From: Octopus sinensis
Lineage: Eukaryota
Assembly: GCF_006345805.1 (NCBI RefSeq)
Contig: NC_043003.1
Location: forward strand, 46,438,001-46,502,000
Reading direction: 5' to 3'
DNA: 64,000 nt
In this document: positions 42,450 through 55,459 of the stretch, piece after piece
Position numbering within the stretch: position 1 is the stretch's first letter
Layout: every line of letters begins with the position of its first letter
Position numbers and translations under genes: made by a program
Notes under the pieces: model-generated
Told to the model about the DNA's origin: nothing
Databases searched by the model: none
Seen by the model: only the letters and a program-made list of their open reading frames with translations

Positions 42450-43170
42450 TTATTTCTTTATTGCCCACAAGGGGCCAAACAAACGGATTAAGTCGATTAC
42501 ATCGACACCAGTGCGTAAACTGGTACTTAATTTATCGACCCCGAAGGGATGAACGGTAAAGTTGACCTCGGCGGAATTTGAACTCAGTACTTAACGTCAG
42601 ACGAAATACCTATTTCTTTACTACCCACAAGGGGCTAAACACAGAGAGGACAAACAAGGACAGAGTCGATTATATAGTCGATTATATAGACAAAGTCGAT
42701 TATATAGACCCAAGTGCGTAACTGGTACTTAATTTATCGACCCCGAAAGGATGAAAGGCAAAGTCAACCTCGGCGGAATTTTGTACTCAGAACGTAACGG
42801 CAGACGAAATACCTATTTCTTCATTACCCACAAGGGGCTAAACATAGAGGGGACAAACAAGGACAGACATAGGTATTAAGTCGATTACATCGACTCCAGT
42901 GCGTAACTGGTGCTTAATTTATCGACCCCGAAAGGATGAAAGGCAAAGTCGACTTTTGAACTCGAATTTGAACTCACAGCGTATCGGCAGACGAAATACC
43001 GCAAAGCATTTCGCCGGTAAGATAATGAACAAAACAAGATGCGTTCCTTCACAACCTTACTTATTTCTTTATTGCCCACAAGGGGCCAAACAAACGGATT
43101 AAGTCGATTACGGCAGACGAAATACCGCTAAGCATTTCGCCCGGCGTGCTAACGTTTCTGCCAGCTCGCC
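42450..43170 (-). mobile_element. SINE family B tandem array (three bodies plus partial and head)
   Basis: Repeated ~170-200 bp units with junctions at 42603-42616 and 42806-42819. Imperfect TSD TTCCTTCACAACCTTACT (about 42432) / TTCCTTCAAAGCCTTACT (about 43173). Confidence 0.9.
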
Positions 43171-43540
43171 TCCTTCCTTCAAAGCCTTACTACCAAATAG
43201 GTAGCCGGTCAAAATTTACTCTTAATAAGAGAAACATAAGAAGATACATAACTGTATCAACCAGACTATTAACTGTGGTTGTACATCGCTGGTCACAATG
43301 CGCTTCTTCGCAGTGTTAACGCTTTCGACATATGCCACCCCGCTGGTTAGGCAGTCAGGCCAACTTCCACGCTGAACGGGAAGCTTGTCCGTTGAAAAGT
43401 TACTCATTTACTTTTGTATGAATTGGAACAACATGAAAGGAAGAATTTTGCTCAAGAACACAAAGCATCGCCAGCCTATTAATCGAAATCACGAACTTAC
43501 GATCGCGAGTGCCACAGCCAAACCATTAAGCCAAGCATCT

Positions 43541-43769
43541 AGCAGAGCTGGCAGAAACGTTAGCACGCCGGGCGAAGTGCTTAGCGGTATTTCGTCTGTC
43601 TTTACGTTCTGAGTTCAAATTCCGCCGAGGTCAACTTCGCCTTTCATCCTTTCGGGGTCGATAAATTAAGTACCAGTTACGCACTGGGGTCGATGTAATC
43701 GACTTAATCCGTTTGTCTGTCGTTGTTTGTCCCCTCTATGTTTAGCCTCTTGTGGGTAGTAAAGAAATA
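43541..43769 (+). mobile_element. full-length young SINE family B with 17-bp TSD, nested in an older minus-strand SINE (~43250-43800)
   Basis: Perfect TSD CATTAAGCCAAGCATCT at 43524-43540 and 43770-43786. Confidence 0.95.
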
Positions 43770-44521
43770 CATTAAGCCAAGCATCTTCATACATAACTTT
43801 ATTGAAGTTCTTTCCATGACTTCATGTGAGTCTCTTAAAGTTCGTTTCAATCAATAAAGTTCATTAATCTACCATAATCAATGTTGCTAGACTCACATTC
43901 TCATCGCCAGGTTATCAAATTCCAAGGACGTCCATAACATCTTCATTTCTTGGTATGCAAAGTATAATCTTATCATCAAACTTTGAAGTGTTTTATCATG
44001 AGTAATCGTCTCATTTTACGTTAGACAAATATTATTATTGTGCACTTTATCACTCAAATTAAATCATTAGAGGTATATAGCGTTAAAAACTTGTGTATTT
44101 TATAACGTATTTGTGTTCTTTGTTTATTTTTGCATTGTCCTCTTGTAAGTATTGCTTCTATAATTTATCGTCTATTTTTGCGAATGTTATCGTCTGATTT
44201 TGTTTAGACGTTACGTCCGATATATGATATATAATCTTTAAATTTAAGTCATTAGTTACATGTTTACATGATGAAGCGTTTATCTTGTGATTAAAGACGC
44301 ATAAATCTAACGAATGGAATTTCAAATACTAGCTACAATGACTGAACATGCTCCAACCATGTGTTCTACACTACGCATATCACTTTCTTTATTTCCAGAG
44401 TAATCTCTATCACTTCAACAATATTTTTCACGCCCTGGTTCCTAACTTTTGACACTTTAGGCGCAGCTACCCGATCAGTGGGACCCACTTAATCGTATAA
44501 CATGATTTATATAGTTTCAGT

Positions 44522-44830
44522 GAAGGCGCATGGCTCAGTGGTTAGAGCGCCGAGCTTACGATCGTGAGGTTGTGAGTTCGAATCTTGAGCAAGACACTTT
44601 ATTTCACATTGCTCCAGTTCACTCAGCTGTAGAAATGAGTTGCGACGTCACAGGTGCCAAGCTGTATCTGCTGTTGCCTTTCCTCAGGATAACACTGGTG
44701 GCGTGGAGAGGGGAGGCCGGTATGCATGGGCGACTGCTGGTCTTCCATAAACAACTTTGCCCGGAATTGTGCCTGGGAAGGTTACTTTCTAGGTGCAATC
44801 CCACGGTCAGTCATGACCGAAAGGGTCTCA
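44522..44830 (+). mobile_element. tRNA/CORE-like SINE with 'CTAGGTGCAATCCCA' tail
   Basis: TGGCTCAGTGGTTAGAGC A box and GAGTTCGAATC B box; CORE-like domain; same family as 61336-62223. Confidence 0.85.
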
Positions 44831-45119
44831 ATAGTTTCATTGTTTCACCAAATCGTTGCATACTATTTTTGTTAGAATTTTCAATGATAAACTATAGTAT
44901 TCGGGTCAAATGGAGCTCATATGGTTTATTAATATGATGGGTGAGATGTTATGTAATGGTTTGGTGAAGCTCTGCACAATAGCTTTACCAATAGTAGTGA
45001 CTAGGAAATCTTATGTGTGTATATATTATGTCGATATGCAGGTATACACACACACATGCACGCACAAACACGCACACACGCACGTATATATGTGTGTGTA
45101 TGTGTGTAGGCATTTAATT

Positions 45120-45545
45120 CAATAAAGGATGCGCTCCGAACAAAGCTAGGCAATTGCATATATACCAGAATCCTGAATAGCGCCGTCCTACATGCATCAT
45201 AGCGTAAGAGGATGAAACATCGATTGGCTACGACGCAAAGGTCCATGCTAGGAACATCACTAAGAGAGTACATTTGAAGTGAGATAATTCTAGAACGGAG
45301 AGGCAGGAACGATACGATCGCAGGGAAGGGAAAGCGCAGGTTCCTTTGAGACGGATATGTCGCAAGGTTCACAGACACCAGTTGGGACCCATCCAATTGC
45401 CGAGTGGTTTCCAAGACATCGGAAAAGGAGACTTGGAAAGTCTGCACGACATTGGGAAGGTGATTTAGTCAAGCAATTGGAGCCAAGATGGAAAAGAATG
45501 GTGCAATGAAAATAGAATAGAAGCGCATTGTGACCAGTGGTGATT
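45120..45545 (+). mobile_element. RTE-clade LINE 3' fragment
   Basis: Broken translation RLATTQRSM.LGTSLREYI..GYVARFTD..W..EWFPRHRKRRLGK..HWEGDL matches the RTE RT C-terminal pattern (WAGHVAR..W..EW.P..KR..GRP..RW.DD). Confidence 0.7.
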
Positions 45546-45586
45546 AACAACATTTTATGGTTTAGTCGATACTTTAATACTGTGTT

Positions 45587-45629
<43 letters not shown>

Positions 45630-45644
45630 GTGTGTGTGTGTGTG

Positions 45645-45681
<37 letters not shown>

Positions 45682-45683
45682 TG

Positions 45684-45714
<31 letters not shown>

Positions 45715-46320
45715 TGTGTGTGTGTGTGAGTGTGTGTATATGTGTGTGCGTGTGTGTATATACACATACATATTTATAAACACACATAAGCATAAATTTG
45801 TATGTTTGGGTATGTATCATTATCGTCATCATCATCATTATCACCATCATTATGTCGTCGGCTGTCTATCGATAGTCGATGTCGGCTGATCATAACAAGT
45901 GTTGCGAGCTTTAGTATCAGGAGTGAATTTGTCTCTTGTTAAGGTTTCTGCTTTCAGCAACTGTGTTCCAGCTGATGTTGTGAAAATCCTGTGAGGTAGG
46001 TTTAGCCACATCCTAATATCCCAAATTGCCGTCAACGACATCACGTTACTAGACAGGAGGAAACCAAGTTTCCTCCATTTTAGGGACATAAAAAGGCTAG
46101 CAAAGATTTCATTACAACAATATCTCTTCCTTTGTAGCTATCATCTATTCCCCTATTCCCCTAAAAGTAAGGAGATCCTGTCCTTGTTTATCCATGTTCA
46201 TAAAATGTCTCAGATGTGTCTTCATAAATTCGTGCAATATCTATAACTGTTTGAAAAATATCTTCCATACTTCCAACCCGTACAAGAGATATAATACTAT
46301 TGCTCGATATATTTGAACTC

Positions 46321-46432
46321 AGTTCGAAACGATACGAGCTCGAAGCGATACGAGCTCGAAACGAAACGAGCTCGAAGCGATACAAGCTCGAAACGATTTG
46401 AGCTCGAAGCAATACGAGTTCGAAACGATACA
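46321..46432. repeat. 16-bp minisatellite x7 (AGCTCGAARCGATACG)
   Basis: Seven consecutive 16-bp units counted directly. Confidence 0.95.
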
Positions 46433-47199
46433 ATGAGCTTGTCCATCCTCTGACAGATTTTGTTTTTAGTCCTGCTGATTGTAGACAACACATTTTTCAC
46501 CTGGTGCCTTTACAGGTGTGGATGGTTATACACTTTCAATGGTGGCGGGGCGTTAAGTCAGTTGCCGATTTGTACCTCTTGAACTTATGTTTTCATTTTA
46601 CCAACATAGATGTTAAGACTCAGAAATTGACAACATGGTCAGCATCCGACAAGCTATGGAAAATTTGGAAAGCAAGTGACCTAAAACTACACCTGTTTCT
46701 TGCTTCAGAGGAATCTGTTCTAATCTACTGTTCTGAATGTTTGTCTCTTACGTTGGCCCAACAGTGACCACTAGAAGTAACATACACTCGACTGTTGTGC
46801 GAGGTCAACATTTTTTTTCTGCCAATTGTTTCATGGAGCTTTACTGCCCGACACCCAGACAGTCACACAAAGACGGCAAAAAGTTACAGGTCAGTGCTTT
46901 CATCGATCAGATCAACCTGTCATTGTACTTTTACTGTATAAACCCGCGAGGACGTTCAAGCCTATTAGTCAGGCCTACATGACGCATGTCTGTAAACTTA
47001 GAGCTGGTACGTGCACTGACAGCATGCACAGCCAGAGGAGAGATTTTCTCTCGAATTCATGTTGACGTCCATGAGTGATGTGACAGACTAAAAGAAGGAA
47101 AAAGGAATCGATTTGGAGAGGTCTATGAAGGTTATCTTGAATCGAAACATTTAGTGGTCTGCGCTACAGTTTGCTACTATCGTCACTCGTTAATGTATT

Positions 47200-47483
47200 C
47201 ACCTTTGCACATATACCTTTTTAAGAAATTTAAGAGGGTAGACTTTATTCGAGGCGTTTTTCATAGTTTTCTGTAAATTCGTCCATGCTTCTTTTATTAT
47301 TTTTTCGGTATGCATAATATTGAATGCTTTCCAAAATTCTTTTGGTGCTGCTCTCTTTTCCTTATCAATAACATTTATTAAGTGATCAAATGTGCCGAAA
47401 ATAATTTTGCAATAACGCCTTGATCTATCGGTTGCAAAAGCGACGTTATATCTGGCAGCATGAACATTAATCCCATGTTTGAG

Positions 47484-47527
<44 letters not shown>

Positions 47528-48350
47528 TGATGATGATGATGACGATGATGATGTAGTGTTTGTGGACGGTGAGGTATATTATATATGATCAGTAGCACGT
47601 GAAATGCAATATTTTTATATTCACAGTATTTTTGAACTGCAGGTAAAAGTGATTCAGAAACCAATCTTCAAACAGGGAAGCAATAACCGAACATTTTTTT
47701 TTTTTTTTTTGCTTTCCTTATGACTTGAAGTGTAGCATTTTACGGGGTCTTTAATTGTCCTTGGGTTTTCGGCACGGTGCATACGCATTGGTTTTTAACT
47801 TGGTTTCCAGCTTCATTACCTTCAAACAGTAACGTTGACCGAACTTTACCTACCTTAAAACCTGGAATCGATGATTTCCATTTTTCTTTTCCTTTTTTTT
47901 CTTTTTTTGTTTATTTTTTTTTTTGCAATATGGTTTCATGTTGGCATGCACTACCAAAATAGTTTTCATTTCGTCTACATTAAAAATTTGTGAGTATGAA
48001 CAAGTATATTATTTCATATATTTTGCGGAAAAAATTCGTTAATCCAAAATCAACACTCGCATAATCCTATTGCACTTTTATATTGCGCCAGCCAACTCGT
48101 TCTTCATATCTATAAAAGCAGCCATTGTTTGCAGTAACGGTTTCTTTACAGTTGCTTTCTTATTATCTTTCAGCGCCATAAATATTGATAACACTTTAGC
48201 ACAACAGCTTGAGTAATAAGCATAATCGGTACGTTTGATCAACACTATTCACGTCGATAAAGGCTTTTCCAGTTCATTATTACATAGCCTCATAGACTGC
48301 AAGGAGTGCGCGATTTTAATTTCATTTGAATATTTTTATTTATCAATTAA
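47200..48350 (-). pseudogene. decayed Tigger/pogo DDE transposase
   Basis: Minus-strand motifs QIFNVDE (about 47970), PGFKVGKVRSTLL (about 47840), HRAENPR (about 47770), PAVQKYC..FHVLLII (ORF 47467-47664) and LPDITSLLQPIDQGVI (about 47410-47460). A (GAT)n expansion interrupts it. Confidence 0.85.
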
Positions 48351-48719
48351 CTCATACATACAGTAACTAACCAAAAGAGAATGTAGAAAACTTAACAAAT
48401 CAATAACGAAAATGTTATTCTATTTCTTAGCTTTTTTGTTGAAGTAGTTCACATTACAGAAAGGTTGCTTTGCGCCCCGTATAAGTAATGGGGTTGATGG
48501 CGTACTAGATCAATGCATATCGGTACTAACGCATGCACACAAACACACCCACATACCTTCTCTCTCTCACACACACACAAACACATACATATATACATAT
48601 ATATACATGCATACATACACACATATATACACACTTCTATATGTGAGCATACTTGTAGATATATATGTATACATATGTATATGATATAGATATAGGACAT
48701 ATATGTATATATATATATG

Positions 48720-48766
<47 letters not shown>

Positions 48767-48913
48767 ATACATATATGTGTATATATATATATATATATAT
48801 ACATAAATGAATATATGTGTATATATCTATACACATAAATATATATATTATATATATATATATATGTATATATATATAAATATATCTATATATATACATA
48901 TATATATATATAC

Positions 48914-48972
<59 letters not shown>

Positions 48973-49021
48973 CATAAATATATATATACATAAATATATA
49001 TGTATATACATAAATATATAT

Positions 49022-49078
<57 letters not shown>

Positions 49079-49091
49079 TGCATAAAACTTT

Positions 49092-49418
49092 ATACATGGA
49101 GAGAAGAACACCTTATGGACTTCCTACATGCTAAAAAGGACAGTCAAATCCCAAGCCACCACGAAAAAACATTCTTATTAATGGCATATCGCTTGTAGTC
49201 GAGTAGGACACTTGAATGTATAAAAATCTCAGTTAAATCTATACCCAAGAGTTTCACTATTAATGATCAAATAAATCAGTTAATAAGTCAATCAATTGAT
49301 TAATTAACCATCTGTGGCTCGTCAGCACCATTAATAAGAATGTTTTATCGTGGTTTGGGATTTGACTGATCTTTTTAGCACATAAGAAGTCCACATAGTC
49401 GTGTTGTCTCCGCGTATG
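49092..49418. mobile_element. MITE-like element with ~90-bp imperfect TIRs
   Basis: GGACTTC..TGCTAAAAG..CAGTCAAATCCCAA..AAAACATTCTTATTAATGG is mirrored by CCATTAATAAGAATGTTTT..TTGGGATTTGACTG..CTTTTTAGCA..GAAGTCC. Confidence 0.7.
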
Positions 49419-49515
49419 AATTTTTATACACTTATATTATAAAAATACTTATGTCTTCTAACTTTTATACTTTTATTACGCATGCTAAACACTGCTCTTG
49501 TATATATATATATAT

Positions 49516-49551
<36 letters not shown>

Positions 49552-50157
49552 GAGTGCGTGTGTACATGAACTTAAGTATTAGAAAGCGAACACAAAGACC
49601 AAATTTGTTAATGTTGCTTCTTAATTTGTTGAATATTGATTTATTTAGTAATATTTTAAGGTAATAAACATTTATCTTTTCTAGAAAATCAGTATTCACT
49701 TCCACGTCCAGTAAGTTCGCCGTTTTTCCTTTGATTCTTTGATTTATTCATTTTGTTTTTTCAATAAAATAATTTTTAACTATTAATGGTGAGATACTAT
49801 GGGTGTATTTTCTCAGTAAACTTTCTTCACGGTGAACTTCCTTCGCGCTGAACTTTTTGCGCGGTGAAGTTAACTGCAATCATTCACTTCATAAATTTTT
49901 GTATGCGTAACGAAAGTTTATGAAGTTTAAGTTATATTTTTTCTATGTATGATATGTATTATGATGTCAGCCCTGACGGTAAAATATGTTTATAAAGTCC
50001 AAGATTGTATATATTTCCCTCGTGAGCACAATAATGTGCTTAGAATAAGAAAATTTCGAAAACTAAGTTAAGTACACACACACACACACATACACATATA
50101 TATGGAGAGAGAGAGAGAGAGAGAGAAAGAAAGAGAGAGTAATAGATAGATAGATAT

Positions 50158-50212
<55 letters not shown>

Positions 50213-50790
50213 CAAAGTGTGATAAGTGGAATGCACGAAACTCTCGAGCCATGAGTATCATCTCTAAATAACTGTGTGTGTGTATACATATATAAACATA
50301 TATATATATATATAAAACATATATATATATATACACACATCATCTATATATATATATCATCTATATATATATATATACACATAGATACAGATTCACACAC
50401 GAATACAGGCACGCACACACACACACACATACACACACACATACATATGTATATATGTTCGCGGGCATGTGTTTGTACACATGTGTGTGTGTGTGTGTGT
50501 GTATTTTTGTGCGCCCATATTAGACTATGTGTGTGAGAGTGGAGGGGATACGTGAAATGATTTCGAATACAAAGATGTTGGCAAACAGAAAGAACAAATT
50601 ATAAATGAATATATGATAGATAAAAAGTATAGCGTTTTGAATGAGCATCAGGGGGTAAAGATGAAAGAAGGTCTTGAGGCAGCCGAATCAATAAGATATA
50701 AAGAAATATATCAGAATGATGTTTACGGTGTGTTTTTGGCAGGTGGCGAGATTAAGTGGATAAAAGTGTAGTACGTGTGTGTGTGTGTGT

Positions 50791-50826
<36 letters not shown>

Positions 50827-50832
50827 TATATA

Positions 50833-50905
<73 letters not shown>

Positions 50906-51895
50906 TAATATATGTATGAATTGAACGTATATACATATATATGAGCGTGTGTATGTGTGTGTATGCATGTATACATATAAGTACGTATATATATAATTGA
51001 AGAAATAGCTTATTGATTTGTTATTTGTATTTCCTTAGATGCGTGTGTGTAATATATACATGCATATATATATATGTATGTGTGTGTGTATGTGTGTATA
51101 TATATATTACATATATATATGTGTGTGTGTGTATATATATATATGTATATATGTATATATATATTTGCGTGCGTATTTGTGTGTGTATAAATGATAACCT
51201 TGTGTATATTTATATGTATGTGCACGCAGACACACATACAAACACACACACTCACTCACACATATACATATATGCATATACATAAATATGCATAGAGACA
51301 CACATACAGACATACATACATCAATTCCTTTGGACAACCAGATCATAGCATAGCATATCACACCACTACAGCTTAATTAAAATCTGCTATGTTGTCTTGC
51401 ATGAACTTAACAGAAAACTCATTTGAGAGCCGACTTTACTAATATATGAGCTCCTTCAAACATCATCACAAAAAAAGAAATGAACAGCACATAGCGGCAA
51501 CAGAAGATCTCGCAGAAAAGAAATAAGACAGGGATGAGTTTACTGTGAATGCATTGTTTATCTTGTCAGAAGCACTCGATTCATTATTATTCAAAATCGT
51601 ATAATATATGTTTAACTGAAAAATATCATATATCACTCAACACCAATAATGAATCAACTAATCTCATCTCGCAAACTTATGAAATGTCTGTGATTTCTTT
51701 TCAGAGGAATGGAGAAATCACGTTTGGCTTCATAAATCACATAAAATTCTGCCATATTACCTTGTATTCAACAACTATAACAGTAGTTCGTGGAATATTG
51801 GTGTGTCCAAATTGTTGGATGTACACAAGAAATGATGGCACGGAGAAAACTAACTGCAAATAATACATGTATGTATATGGTGGGTTGGACTCGTG

Positions 51896-51935
<40 letters not shown>

Positions 51936-51940
<5 letters not shown>

Positions 51941-52327
51941 TAATGTAGGATAACATTTTTTTCGAAAAAAATTTTTATCAATGGCCAGCATATAAAAAAA
52001 TACCTTTGAAGGTTAAATTTATTAAAAAAGACTTATAAAATAAGGGCAAAGGAAAAACTCTAATGCCAAATATGTCTAAAATAGACAAAATTGTCAATAA
52101 CCATTATAATTTATGCGTCTCGAAACAAGCCGAAAGAAATTTCTAAAAAATTCCGTTATTACTGTATGGTCCCAATTTCAGAGTTAATTCATAAGAATTT
52201 TCCCCTCCTCAACGGTAAATACGTAAGACATAAATGAAATACTTACTCATACTCATGGAAAAAGCAAGCACTAAGTCTTAGTGCTTGCATCAAGACTTAG
52301 TGCTTGCTTTTTCCATGAGTATGAGTA
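51936..52327. mobile_element. probable PLE pLTR fragment ending in a foldback
   Basis: Unique AT-rich block between (TA)n tracts, ending in a perfect 36-bp inverted repeat. The PLE assignment is inference. Confidence 0.4.
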
Positions 52328-52329
52328 TA

Positions 52330-52406
<77 letters not shown>

Positions 52407-52407
52407 A

Positions 52408-52571
52408 TACGACGGATTTCTTTCAGTTTCCGTCTACCAAATCTACTCACAAGAGTTTGGTCGGTCCAAGGTTATAATAGAAGACTTTCCAAAGGTGCCA
52501 TGCAGTGGGACTGAATCTGGAACCATCTGGTTGGGAAGCAAGCTTCTTACCACACAGCCACGCTTGCACCT
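52408..52571 (-). mobile_element. SINE family A, 5' half
   Basis: Homologous to 11345-11583. Confidence 0.85.
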
Positions 52572-55259
52572 ATATTGTCATTGTTTCTAGGTTTTATCAT
52601 TGGTTCGTTATAAAAAGGCCTGGCCTGGGGCTAAACAATAGCATTATCAGCCTCATTACCATCTATAACACCAATAAATCTTTATCTTGCAGTTTCCCCT
52701 TACACTGTAGTAAATAAATGTAATATCTTAAATTTGGCATGTAATTCTCTATTGCAATAGCGTATAGACACACATATACAGAAATGTAATTCTTTGCATT
52801 AGAATTGCCTTCAGCAATTTCAATAAAAACGAATTACATAATTTCTAAAATTTTCTAAAAAGATTTTTGTTTCCAAACTTCAGACAAGATAAGAAATTTT
52901 AAGAATATATATTACCTTTCCTTTCCCTTTCTAAAATCAATACCTCAATAACGAAAGAACAACATTCATTTGCCCGTAAAAATATAAATGAGCTTTTAAA
53001 GCAACCAGTTATTTGATTGAGGTCATAACACGTTACTAATATGTCTTCCCTTTCTCTGGTGTTTCAATTTTACATTCAGCAAAACAAAATCTTCTTTCTA
53101 ACAAGATTTAAACTCCGATAGTGTGAGTCAAATGTTTTGATTATGTGATTTTCGTTCTACCTATTTGGTGAATTCTCTTTTCTTTGTACAGATGAGGAAA
53201 ATAAAGTTATATTACGTGTTTTATTAAGGAGGGGACGAAGTTTTACCGAATGTCTAATGCTGTGCAACTTTCCCCGTTACAATTCACACTATATTTACAT
53301 CATTTTTAAGTGATTAGCAACTGGTTGGAATATTTCACTCGGGTTTTTAGGTGTGGGTTGTGTCTAGTATATTGCACCATTCTGTTCTTTACTTTATGTG
53401 TTTTCAACTATCACGTAAAGAAGATTATGTTCCCCAATTTAAACACTTCACACCCAGTATAGCAGCAATGATTTATGACTGGTAGATTTCATGTGACTTT
53501 GATTATAACACCTTGGTGGGGCGGAGTGTGAACGTTATTCCCTGGCTAAAAATCTGGTTCGAATGCTTGCAATAATGTCACGTTGTAACCCTTTAGAATG
53601 AACCGGGTAATGGATTAAATCTACCACTCAAAAGTGGGGCAGTCTCTCTTTAAAACTTCCACAGTGTTTCTATCAGTTGAATGAATTTGGCTCACGAGGC
53701 TTTGATTAGCGAGATTTCTCTGTTAGAAAGCACTTTCGCCGAGAGATTGAACGTCAAAAACCAGGTAGTTCACGTAGTTTTATCTGCTGTTAATGTTGTT
53801 GTTTATGTTGCTGTTATTATACATGATACTTTGATGCTTTTTGCGGAGTACATACACTCTGACGCAAACATTCAGGTCAAATTTCGAGTCTGGTTATATT
53901 TCTTTCTTTCCTTTCACCAGTCTTGCAGACCCTGAAAGCGTTATTTTGCGGCCGTTCTTCTTCTGATTAACCAGTTTAAAACAACGCTCACGCGGTTTAA
54001 TTCATTCTGCTTATTACAATTTTAAATTCCTTTCGACCTAGCCGAGAATTTGTCCTGCCCGGAAAGGATCGAGGTGGTTTTTAAAATTCTCGTCTCGGTC
54101 TTCTAGGAATACTTTTAACCGACACTATCATCGCCTTAACATGTATAACCTTATCTCGAAATGACAAATATCTAAGCTGACCTCAACAGGATTTGAACTC
54201 AAAGTGCTGAAAATCAGAACATAACAAGACATTATCCGACGCCAATTCGCCACCTAAATCCTTTATCCAGTCAGCCATTTGGTTTGACAGAAAGCAATGT
54301 TCTATTCAACTTGGATGAATATACCTAGGTTTTGAAACCGTTTAAATTTACATCACAGTTTTCTCGCAATAAAACAAAGATCCAAGCGAGGCAAAGAAAT
54401 CCATTATCACAGATAGAAAAAGGATAGTGGATTGGCGGAATCAGTAGGATGTTAGATAAAATGTCCAGTGGTATATTTTCCAGTTCCTTACGTCCTGATT
54501 TCGAATATCGCTGACATTATTTGCAAATTCCATTGTTATGTATTTGGTGAAAATAAAGTAACAGTCGAATACTAGAATCGATGCATTCAAATAACAGCCT
54601 TATTATCTTATTTCTGGCCTTGTGCCTATGTCAGAAACTATTTTAACTGTAGTTGTTATTGTTGCAGCAATATGGAAGAAAAACATGGGAAATATTTTGA
54701 TCTTTAGATATCGTTGTGTATGTGAGTGTTGTGTAGCTGTGTTATTAGAAGAGAAGCAAAGCTTATGACCTTTGGAGCTTATGACCTTTGCATTTTCTCT
54801 AAGATTTAGGCGTTGATAGGGAGTGTGAACGTTATTCCCTGACTAAAAATCTGGTTCGAATGCTTGCAATAGTGTCACGTTGCAACCCGATATAATGAAC
54901 CGGATAACGAACTAAGTGTACCACTCAAAACTTGCGAAGTCCCTCCTCAAAACTTTCACAAGTTTTCTATCTGTTGAATGAATTTTGCCCATAAGGCTTT
55001 GATTGACTCGAAAATGTTATGTTAGAATGCACTTGCGCCGAGGGATTGAACGTCAATAACCATGTAGTTCTTGTAGTTGTATTTACTGCTGCTATTGCAG
55101 CTGTCGTCTTCTTCTTCTTCTTCCAACCAGGACTCACGCCATTAGCCACAAAGAATAATCTCCAATTCAAGCCTACTCTAAGCTACTAAGGATTCGCAAT
55201 CTAGACTAGGGTCTGAAAGTTTACCACACCATAGTGGGTTACACCATGGTTCCTCTGCT

Positions 55260-55428
55260 TTGTGGTAGAAGTAGTAAGAAAGAGTGAGAGAAAGTTGTGG
55301 TGAAAGACTACAGCGGAGCTCAGGTGTTTTTGCTCAATAAACACTCACAATGCCTGGTCTGAGAATCGAAACTGCGTTCTTACGACCGCGAGTCCGCTAC
55401 CCTAACCACTGGGCCATTACGTCTCCAC
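55260..55428 (-). mobile_element. tRNA-derived SINE 5' part
   Basis: TGGCCCAGTGGTTAGGGTAGCGGACTCGCGG head, as in 24131-24419. Confidence 0.8.
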
Positions 55429-55459
55429 ACTGCTGCTGTTACTAATGTTACATTTGTTA

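Noticed and set aside
44522-44590. tRNA genes (also at about 7697, 24340-24419 and 62150-62223)
   Set aside because: A and B boxes are present, but no complete cloverleaf forms and they run into SINE bodies.
46321-46432. CRISPR-like array
   Set aside because: Units are contiguous without unique spacers, the context is eukaryotic, and there are no cas genes.
53170-53312. Possible exon after a strong acceptor (TCTCTTTTCTTTGTACAG)
   Set aside because: Short frame with no recognisable homology and no supported partner exon. It cannot be excluded without RNA-seq.
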